Assembly (NCBI GenBank): GCA_041912475.1
Contig: JAYRMX010000006.1
Span: 1-54,477, forward strand
Length of the DNA: 54,477 nt
Direction: 5' to 3'
DNA from: Myxococcota bacterium
Lineage (GTDB): Bacteria; Myxococcota_A; UBA9160
Part shown: positions 19,087-27,033 of the stretch, one piece after another
Layout: each line of letters opens with the position of its first letter
Position numbering within the stretch: position 1 is the stretch's first letter
Made by a program: the position numbers and the translations under genes
Notes under the pieces: generated by a model
Told to the model about the DNA's origin: nothing
The model's input: only the letters and a program-made list of their open reading frames with translations
Database searches by the model: none

Positions 19087-19793
19087 GCGCGCACGAGCCG
19101 TTCGCGCCGGCGGAGGCCGGCGTGGCTGAAGAGCTGCTCCGCGCCGACGGGATCACGAAGACGTTCCGCAGCGAAGTGGGCGAGATCGAGGTGCTGCGCG
19201 GCGTCCAGCTCTCGATCGCCGAGGGCGAGCGCGTCGCCATCCTCGGCGAGTCGGGCGTCGGCAAGTCGACGCTGCTGCACATCCTCGGGACGCTCGACCA
19301 TCCGACCGCGGGGACGGTTCGCTTCCGCGGCGAAGACCTGTTCGCGCGCGACGCCGAGTCGCTCGCGCGCTTCCGCAACGAATCGCTCGGCTTCGTCTTC
19401 CAGTTCCATCACCTGCTTCCCGAGTTCGATGCGGTCGAGAACGTGATGATGCCGGGCCTGGTCCGCGGGCTGTCGTTCGCCGAGATGCGGCGCCGCGCGA
19501 CCGAGATGCTGAGCGAGGTCGGGCTCGGCGAGCGGCTTCGCCATCGTGTCGGAAAGCTCTCCGGCGGAGAGCGCCAGCGCGTGGCGGTGGCGCGGGCGCT
19601 CGTCCTCGACCCCCCGCTCGTGCTGGCCGACGAGCCGACCGGGAACCTCGATCCCCGAACCGGCGACCGCATTACGGACCTTCTTCTCCACATGAACCGC
19701 ACGCGAGGCACGGCGCTCGTCGTCGTGACACACAGCCACGCGCTCGCCGAGAAGCTGGGGCGAACCGTCACTCTGGTCGACGGAGCGCTCTGA
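19083..19793 (+). CDS. lolD: Lipoprotein-releasing ABC transporter ATP-binding protein
   Basis: [22 protein letters not shown] (LolD motif), [20 protein letters not shown]. Confidence 0.93.
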   Translation: MSAHEPFAPAEAGVAEELLRADGITKTFRSEVGEIEVLRGVQLSIAEGERVAILGESGVGKSTLLHILGTLDHPTAGTVRFRGEDLFARDAESLARFRNESLGFVFQFHHLLPEFDAVENVMMPGLVRGLSFAEMRRRATEMLSEVGLGERLRHRVGKLSGGERQRVAVARALVLDPPLVLADEPTGNLDPRTGDRITDLLLHMNRTRGTALVVVTHSHALAEKLGRTVTLVDGAL

Positions 19794-19988
19794 CGGCCGG
19801 CCGGCCGCGCAGGCGGCCTCGCCGTCGCGGCCCGCGGTCGTACGCACCTTTCGCGCAGCCACGAAGCGGCGCCGGCAATTTCTGACACCTCGGCGCGGCG
19901 CCGCCCACTTCCCTCCAGAACCGCTCGATCGGACGGCGTCGCCGCGCGCCGGTCCCGCGTGTTCCGGTCCTGGTGTGGAGGCTCTCTC

Positions 19989-20783
19989 GTGCTGCGTCGC
20001 TCGCTGGTCCTGCTGCTCGTCTCGTGCGCGATCGCGACTTCCTCGAGCGCGATCGCGCCGCAGACCTTCACGGCGAACGGCACGTACCTTCGGCCGGCCC
20101 TCGATCCGCCGAGCTTCCAGATCGGGAGCGGCGGCTTCGTCGAGGAGCTCGACGCCTTCGTCTCGATCGCCGGGTCCGATCTGAACGGCGCAGCCTACGG
20201 GACGTCGGCCCGGCTCTCGACGGACTCCGTTCCGGCGGGACTCTCGCTCGCCTTCTCGAGCACGCTCTCCGGCGACGAGACGGATCTGCTGCTGCGCTAC
20301 GACCTCACGAACGAGGGAGCGTCTCCGATCGCGGGCCTGTCCTTCCTCTCGTTCCTCGACGTCGAAATCGACGAAGTGCGCAACACGTTCTTCAACGAGT
20401 ACGGCGAGAGCGCCGGGACGCCGGCCGCCGGGCAGGGCTGGGAGATCGACGAGCCGGGATACGTCTTCGGGGACGTCTACGACCACCTGCTCTCCGGCGC
20501 GCTCGACGGATCGAACGCCCTGCCCGCGGCGAGCCCCGACGACGTTTCGCTCGCGCTCTCGTTCGCGCCGGGCATGCTCGCTCCCGGGGCGACGATGCGA
20601 GTCGAGCTGATGATCTCCGAGGACGGCGACGCCCTCGGAGGGTTCGCGCTGCGCCAGCGCGACAGCGACCCGTCTTCGGCGACGGTGGTGACCTACTCGG
20701 GAGCGGCGACGCTGGTGCCGGAGCCGGCGACCGTGTGGCTGGTGGCGGCGGGGCTCGCGCTCCTCGCGCGCCGGGCGCGCTAG
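19989..20783 (+). CDS. PEP-CTERM sorting domain protein
   Basis: Signal peptide; C-terminal VPEP-ATVWLVAAGLALLA-RRAR; GGAGG 7 nt before GTG 19989. Confidence 0.9.
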   Translation: MLRRSLVLLLVSCAIATSSSAIAPQTFTANGTYLRPALDPPSFQIGSGGFVEELDAFVSIAGSDLNGAAYGTSARLSTDSVPAGLSLAFSSTLSGDETDLLLRYDLTNEGASPIAGLSFLSFLDVEIDEVRNTFFNEYGESAGTPAAGQGWEIDEPGYVFGDVYDHLLSGALDGSNALPAASPDDVSLALSFAPGMLAPGATMRVELMISEDGDALGGFALRQRDSDPSSATVVTYSGAATLVPEPATVWLVAAGLALLARRAR

Positions 20784-20814
20784 CCGGGCGCAGCGGGTCG
20801 GCGGGGGAGACGAG

Positions 20815-23800
20815 ATGACCCGGTGGTCGCAGCGCGCACGCATGCTGGCCGTCCTTTCGGCGGGCCTGCTGACGCTCGCGTGTCCGCCGTCGCCGCAGGG
20901 GAAGCTCCCCGCGCCCTCGGGGCTCGTCTGCAGGGCCAAGGACGGAAAGATCGACGTCGCGTGGGCCGCCGTTCCCTCCGCGACGGGATACACGGTGACG
21001 CGTCGCGGGGCCGGAGCGTCGACGCCTCTCGGCGTCACGACGGCCGTCTCGTTCGCCGACATCGGCCTCGCGAACGGCGTCCTCTACCAGTACGAGGTCG
21101 CCACCCTCGACGCGAGCGGCCTCGCGTCGGGACCTTCGCTCTGTCTCGGAACGCCGGCGCCTCTCGGGACGGCGCCCGACCCCGTGAGCGCACTCGCGTG
21201 CCGCCCGAAGAGCGGAAAGGTCGATCTCACGTGGCCGGCGTCTCCGCTCGCGAACTCGTATCTGGTGTACCGCGCGAGCGGCGGCGGGCAGCCGGTACAG
21301 ATCGCCGAGACGACGAGCGCGCTCTTTGCCGACGTTGGCCTCGCGAACGACGCCGCGCTGACCTACACGGTGCGCGCGAAGCGCGGGACGGCCGTCGCGG
21401 ATGCCTCTCCGGCGTGCGTCGCGACGCCGTCGACGCGCCGCCCGCCCGGGAACCTTCCTCCCGAGTTCGCGACGGCGCCGCTCACCACCGCGCTGGTCCG
21501 GCGCGTCTGGTACTACGACGCCGACGCCGCCGACCCCGAGGGCGGCGCCGTGCAGTATGCGCTCGAGTCTTCGCCGCCCGAGATGGCCCTCGACGCCGCG
21601 ACCGGGCTCCTCGTCTGGGCGCCGACCGCGGAGCAGGCCGGGCCGCACGCCGTGCGCGTCGTCGCGACCGATCCGCAGGGCGCGCGCGGCGTGCAGGAGT
21701 TCACGGTCGACGTCGCAGCGGCGAACGAGGCGCCCGTCTTCACCTCGACGCCGGCCGCGTACGCGAAGGTGGGCGTCGCCTACGCGTACGACGCCGACGT
21801 CTTCGATCGCGACGGAGACCCCGTCCGTTTCGAGCTGGCCGGGGAGGCTCCGTCCGGCCTCGTGCTCGCGAGCGACACCGGCTCGCTCTCGTGGACGCCG
21901 GGCGCGGCGGAGGTCGGCCGGCGAGCGCTCGCACTGCGGGCGACGGACGTCGCGGGCAACCAGACGCTGCAGCAGTGGGCCGTCGAAGTCGTCCGGGATC
22001 CCCTCGAGATCCGCTCGCCCCATGGTTCGTTCGAGGTGAGAGCGGGCGAGACGCTCACGCTGCCGCTCGAGGCCAGCTACGCGCGCGCGGGATTCCGCGT
22101 GACGCCGCCCGGCCGCAGCGTCGCCGTGTCCGGCGGCGAATTCCGATACACGCCGGGTGCGGCGGAGGCGGGGCTGCACGACTTCGTCTTCGAAGCGAGC
22201 CTCGGCGATCTGCGCGCGACGAGCCTCGTCACGGTGAACGTCGTACGCGACACGCGTGCGCCGGTGATCGAGCCGATCGGCCCGCAGACCGTGAAGGTCG
22301 GCGAGCTGCTTCGGCTGCAGGTGGTCGCGAGCGATCCCGACGGCGACGCGCTGCGTCTCTCGGCGCCGGGGCTCGCGCTCGGCAACGCGTTCTTCGACGA
22401 GATCTCCGGCCGCTTCGAGTTCCGTCCGGCCGCCGAGCAGGCCGGCAGCGCGAGCGTCACGTTTGCCGCTACCGACGGCTCGCTCACCGCGCAGGTCAGC
22501 GTTCCGATCACGGTCGAAGCTGCGCCCGGCAGCATCGAAGCGCTCGATCTCGTCGTCGACAAGGCGCAGAGCCCGACCTTCTCGACCGCCGCGAGCCTCA
22601 CCGGCTCGGTGGCCGGAGAGGTGCGGCCGCCGGCTGCGCTCGCGCCGCCGGCGCTCGTGACGGGCCTCTCGCCCGCATCGCTGCGGCAGGGGCGGACGGC
22701 CGACGTCGTGCTCGCGGGAAGCGCCACCGCGTTCGATGCCGCGACGACGACGGCCGAGTTCGGCGACGGCCTCACGGTCGAGAGCTTCGAGGTGCTCTCG
22801 CCGACGAGCGCCCGGGCGCGCGTGCGGGCTTCGGAAGCGGCCGCCATCGGCGTGCGCGCCGTGAGGATCCGGCAGGCCGGCCTCGAGGTGCCGAGCATCG
22901 TCGGCTTCTCGGTCGAGAAGGGTGCGGCGACGATCTCCGGGATTCTGCGAGACCCCTTCACCGAGCAGCCGCTCTCCGGCGCGCGCGTGAGCGTCGGCGG
23001 AACGGCGATCACGGTCACGACCGGTGCGGACGGCCGCTTCTCGCTCGAAGACGTTCCGGCGGGAGCGCACAGCGTCGTCTTCACGACCGCGAACTACGAG
23101 GCGAAGAGCGTCGACGTCTCGATCGGCGCGAATCAGGGCTTCGAGTTCTCCGGCCCGGTCGACCTGCGCGCGCTCGCGCGCCCGTTCAGCGCCGGCGGAA
23201 GCCTTCCGCGGGCCGCAAAGCTCGCGAGCCTGCTCGACCGCGGCGTCTCCGAGCGCGGCGCGAAGATCTCGCAGGAGCAGGCCGAGGCGCTCGTCCTCGA
23301 CACGATTCTCGTCGTCGGCGGCGACCAGGTCGGCGTCTACGACTCGGCCGGCCAGCAGATGAACCCCGCGGTCGAAGGCGCGGGCGTGATGACGCTGCGG
23401 CCGGAGGGCGTGCGGGCGCAGGCACGGGCACTCGTGCAGGCAGACGTCACGACCCTCGGCGAGCTGCTCGCGGCGCTGCGCGACGTGTTCCAGTGGGCGG
23501 GCGACGATCCCATGGACGTCGCCGACGGCCTCGGCGCGCTGCAGGAGGTCGTCGACGAGGCGTGGCAGAACCCGCTCGATCCGAACAACGCGATGGCGAT
23601 CGTCCTCTTCAACGACGGCCGCGATCTCTCGGCGCGCGCGCCGCTGCTCTCGTCGGCGACGCCGCTCAACCGCTTCCAGTCGTTCCTGCTGCTCTCGAGC
23701 TTCCTCGTCCACAGCTACGGGACGCTGTCGCTGAACCTCGATGCCCAGCTCCGCGCGCGCGGCGTCGACCCGTCGGTGTTCGAGGACGCCGACCCGTCGG

Positions 23801-26800
23801 TTCCCGCCGAGGTGATCGAGCGGCTGAGGAACGCGAGCGTCGGCTCCGGCCTCGCTCTCGACCGGGCGATCGCGGCCGCTGCGGGCCTCGTCTTCGGAGC
23901 GGAGGCGCGCGCCGACGTCGCCATCGTCGTGAGCCCCGCGAATGCCGGCCCGGTGGGAACGCTCGGCCGGTTCGAGCAGATGTGGAAGAAGGCGAAGTAC
24001 GAGGCGCTCAAGTCGGCCGTGTGGGACGGCGTCGTCGGCCTCGCCGCCTTCGCTGCCGGCCAGTACGTGATGGCGCAGCTCGCAGGCTCCACCGGCGGGA
24101 TGCCCGGGATGGCGATGGGGATCGGCCTCGCGACCGTCGTGATGGACGGCGTGATCTCCTCGCTCATGCAGAAGATCTTCATCGGCCTCATGCTCGACGT
24201 GACGCTCGATACGCTCCAGCCGCAACCTCCCGTTCTCGAGAGCGCGAAGATCGTCGGCAACAAGGTCTATCTGGTCTTCTCGAAGAGCGTGACCCAGAAC
24301 GTCAACGACGCGAACCTGCTGCGCAAGCAGGCCGCGGACCAGGGGACGCCGCTTCCGCCCGCACCGGGCAGCATCCCTGGCCTGTCGCTCAACCCGCAGC
24401 TCGTCCACTTCACCTATCAGCTCTATCGCTTCCGCGACGCGATCGACGACTCGATGGAGGCCGGAGAGCTCCAGAATGGCGCTTTCCTGCGCGGGGTGGC
24501 TGGCGATCCGGACAAGTACGTCTTCGTGATCCCCGTGAACCTGCTCCAGACGGGTGCGAACTACTTCCGCGTTCGAACGATCCAGTACATCGACGGCTCG
24601 CAGGACCCGCTCGGCGACCGAACGATCCCGATCCCCACCGAGAACAGCGCGGTCGGCGACATGCTCGACGCGTCGGAGCGCCTCACCACGAAGGTGAAGT
24701 TCGACCTCGACGAGGGCATCGTCCACGACATCAAGACCCAGGCCAAGCAGCGCTTCGACGCGACCTACGAGACGTCGCTCGACCAACTGAAGAACACGGT
24801 CCAGGACGACGCTGCGGCCGTCGCGCTCGAGCAGGCGAAGGTCGAGGCCCAGGCGAAGTTCAAGCAGACCGAAATCAAGCAGATGAAGGCGAAGACCGAC
24901 GCCTTCGCCCACGACACGAAGATCGAGAGCCGCCAGGCGTCGCGCCTCGTCAAGTACGCGCAGAAGGAGGGCGTCGATCCCCTGAACTTCCAGAAGCCGG
25001 GGACCGTCGAGTACAAGAAGGCGCAGGAGATCCTCGGCTACCCGGAGTCGCAGCCGGTTCCGCAGAGCATGCAGGACCAGCTCCGGCTGATCAGCCAGGA
25101 CTCGCGCAAGCTCTCGACCGCGCAGTCCTCGCTCCCGGTGCAGACCCAGGCGCTCGCGAAGCTCGAGACGCAGCGCTCGAATCTGCTCGCGAAGATCGAG
25201 GCCGGGGAGACGTCGTCGCTCAAGGCGCAGGTGTCCACCGTCGACCCGGACGGCAAGCCCACCGGCTACGCAATCAACGTGAAGCCCGATCCCGACGGCC
25301 TCGCCGAGATCGACCAGCTCATCGTCCGCGAGAAGGCGAAGATCGACCTCAACCAGAGCCAGATCACGAGCATCAAGCAGCGGGCTCCCGAGCTGACCGA
25401 CGGCGTCTTCGCGAACACGATCGGCACCGACCGCTGGCGCGCCTACCAGTTCGAGATGAAGGCGACCGGCGTGAAGCTCCAGAACGCCGGCACCAACCTC
25501 GACGCGCAGCTCACGAGCTACGTGCAGGCGGAGAACAAGTACCTGAACTCCGCGCTCAAGCAGGAGCGGTCGCTGCTCGCCAAGGACGTCAACAAGGCGA
25601 TCGGCGCCGTCGGCGACGTCGTCGGGCCCGGCATGCTCGCGCTCGGCTTCCTCGGCGAGTTCTACGACCGGATCAAGGTGCTGGGCAGCGAGTTCTCGGC
25701 GCCGTTCGTCTACGTTCGCGGCCCGTCGCCGCGGGCGCTGGCGCCGTCGCTGAAGGCGCATCCGAACGTCAACAACTGGCGGGGAATGCTGGCGACGCAG
25801 GTGCGGACCGTGAACCGGCCGCCGCCGAACAAGCCGATCCAATCCGGGGACCTCGTGACGGCCTTCCCGGCCGACGGCTTCGATTCGGAGTACGGCAGCC
25901 TCGGCGACGTGGGGATCTCCGCGCTGACGTACGACGTGCAGTTCCCGCCCGAGTACATGGCGATCGACTCGAAGGGGATCGTCTACGCCATCAACGCCGC
26001 ATCGACGGATCTCTACGGCGGCCGGATCTTCCGCTTCGTGCCGCGGCCGCTCGGCAAGGGAGGGCCGCAGTTCACGCGCGAGTACGCGGGGCAGGTGAAC
26101 TACTACAGCCTGACGCTCCAGTACGGACATCCGGCCGCACCGCTCGCGATGACGAGCGCGACCGCCCTCCACCCCGAGGGCCTCTACGACGACCTCTTCA
26201 TCGCGAACTACGACCTCGTGAAGTCCAAGAAGAACGTGCTGCGCGTCCCCGTGAGCGCGATCGAGCGGTTTCCGGCGGCCTATGCGGAGAACGCCGGGAA
26301 CCGCAGCCATCTCGCGGGCGAGGTCGTGTACGAGGACGATCGCTTCGACTTCACGCCGCCGGTCGACATGGCGGCAGGGCCGGAGCGATTCGGAGCGCTC
26401 TACAACCGCGTCTATCTCGCCGACGGGCCGCGCCTGTTCGTGCTGCGCGAGAACGTTCTGACGGGCGAACGCGACGTGAAGGTCCTGATCCAGCCGGCCG
26501 GGAGCAACAACCGGCGCCTCACGGGCCTCGCGTTCGACAGCGGAGGCAGCCTCTTCTTCGCCGACTACGCCTCGGGCGAGGTCTTCATGATCGCGGCGGC
26601 CGACCTGGCGGCGGTCGAGGACGGAACGAAGGCCGAGCCGTGCCTGCTGCGCGTCAACCGGCCCGGGAGCGCCCTGCACAAGCCGGTGTATCTCGCCCTC
26701 GACCACGAGGGGCGCAACCTCTTCGCGTCGACGGAGGACGACGGCCTCGTCGTCGTGGGGCCGGTGCCGGCGTTGCTGCAGGGCGCCGAGCGCTTCAAGA

Positions 26801-27033
26801 CCGTGGCTCTCAGCCGCTTCGGCAAGGAGGGCGTCGCGATCAAGATCGGCCAGGAAGGAGCGTGCCGCGAGCACTTCGTCGTCGAGCCGTCGCAGGATGA
26901 CCTGCTGCTGGGGACGATGCCGCTTCGCGTCGAGGTGCTCGATGAAGCGACGAACCGCTTCTTCTGGCAGGACCTGAACCTCACGCTCTCGTCCCGGGGC
27001 GGAACGCTCGTCGACCTCGAGGGCGCTCCGTGA
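20815..27033 (+). CDS. Giant (2072 aa) lipoprotein: 2xFN3, ~4 cadherin/He_PIG-like Ig, IPT-like, carboxypeptidase-regulatory-like, unknown helical/hydrophobic region, beta-propeller
   Basis: Lipobox LTLAC; FN3 W...Y..YxV patterns; NxxPxF...DxDGD repeats; TTGADGRFSLEDVPAG; propeller blades (YMAIDSKG, GLAFDSGG, YLALDHEG). Confidence 0.85.
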   Translation: MTRWSQRARMLAVLSAGLLTLACPPSPQGKLPAPSGLVCRAKDGKIDVAWAAVPSATGYTVTRRGAGASTPLGVTTAVSFADIGLANGVLYQYEVATLDASGLASGPSLCLGTPAPLGTAPDPVSALACRPKSGKVDLTWPASPLANSYLVYRASGGGQPVQIAETTSALFADVGLANDAALTYTVRAKRGTAVADASPACVATPSTRRPPGNLPPEFATAPLTTALVRRVWYYDADAADPEGGAVQYALESSPPEMALDAATGLLVWAPTAEQAGPHAVRVVATDPQGARGVQEFTVDVAAANEAPVFTSTPAAYAKVGVAYAYDADVFDRDGDPVRFELAGEAPSGLVLASDTGSLSWTPGAAEVGRRALALRATDVAGNQTLQQWAVEVVRDPLEIRSPHGSFEVRAGETLTLPLEASYARAGFRVTPPGRSVAVSGGEFRYTPGAAEAGLHDFVFEASLGDLRATSLVTVNVVRDTRAPVIEPIGPQTVKVGELLRLQVVASDPDGDALRLSAPGLALGNAFFDEISGRFEFRPAAEQAGSASVTFAATDGSLTAQVSVPITVEAAPGSIEALDLVVDKAQSPTFSTAASLTGSVAGEVRPPAALAPPALVTGLSPASLRQGRTADVVLAGSATAFDAATTTAEFGDGLTVESFEVLSPTSARARVRASEAAAIGVRAVRIRQAGLEVPSIVGFSVEKGAATISGILRDPFTEQPLSGARVSVGGTAITVTTGADGRFSLEDVPAGAHSVVFTTANYEAKSVDVSIGANQGFEFSGPVDLRALARPFSAGGSLPRAAKLASLLDRGVSERGAKISQEQAEALVLDTILVVGGDQVGVYDSAGQQMNPAVEGAGVMTLRPEGVRAQARALVQADVTTLGELLAALRDVFQWAGDDPMDVADGLGALQEVVDEAWQNPLDPNNAMAIVLFNDGRDLSARAPLLSSATPLNRFQSFLLLSSFLVHSYGTLSLNLDAQLRARGVDPSVFEDADPSVPAEVIERLRNASVGSGLALDRAIAAAAGLVFGAEARADVAIVVSPANAGPVGTLGRFEQMWKKAKYEALKSAVWDGVVGLAAFAAGQYVMAQLAGSTGGMPGMAMGIGLATVVMDGVISSLMQKIFIGLMLDVTLDTLQPQPPVLESAKIVGNKVYLVFSKSVTQNVNDANLLRKQAADQGTPLPPAPGSIPGLSLNPQLVHFTYQLYRFRDAIDDSMEAGELQNGAFLRGVAGDPDKYVFVIPVNLLQTGANYFRVRTIQYIDGSQDPLGDRTIPIPTENSAVGDMLDASERLTTKVKFDLDEGIVHDIKTQAKQRFDATYETSLDQLKNTVQDDAAAVALEQAKVEAQAKFKQTEIKQMKAKTDAFAHDTKIESRQASRLVKYAQKEGVDPLNFQKPGTVEYKKAQEILGYPESQPVPQSMQDQLRLISQDSRKLSTAQSSLPVQTQALAKLETQRSNLLAKIEAGETSSLKAQVSTVDPDGKPTGYAINVKPDPDGLAEIDQLIVREKAKIDLNQSQITSIKQRAPELTDGVFANTIGTDRWRAYQFEMKATGVKLQNAGTNLDAQLTSYVQAENKYLNSALKQERSLLAKDVNKAIGAVGDVVGPGMLALGFLGEFYDRIKVLGSEFSAPFVYVRGPSPRALAPSLKAHPNVNNWRGMLATQVRTVNRPPPNKPIQSGDLVTAFPADGFDSEYGSLGDVGISALTYDVQFPPEYMAIDSKGIVYAINAASTDLYGGRIFRFVPRPLGKGGPQFTREYAGQVNYYSLTLQYGHPAAPLAMTSATALHPEGLYDDLFIANYDLVKSKKNVLRVPVSAIERFPAAYAENAGNRSHLAGEVVYEDDRFDFTPPVDMAAGPERFGALYNRVYLADGPRLFVLRENVLTGERDVKVLIQPAGSNNRRLTGLAFDSGGSLFFADYASGEVFMIAAADLAAVEDGTKAEPCLLRVNRPGSALHKPVYLALDHEGRNLFASTEDDGLVVVGPVPALLQGAERFKTVALSRFGKEGVAIKIGQEGACREHFVVEPSQDDLLLGTMPLRVEVLDEATNRFFWQDLNLTLSSRGGTLVDLEGAP

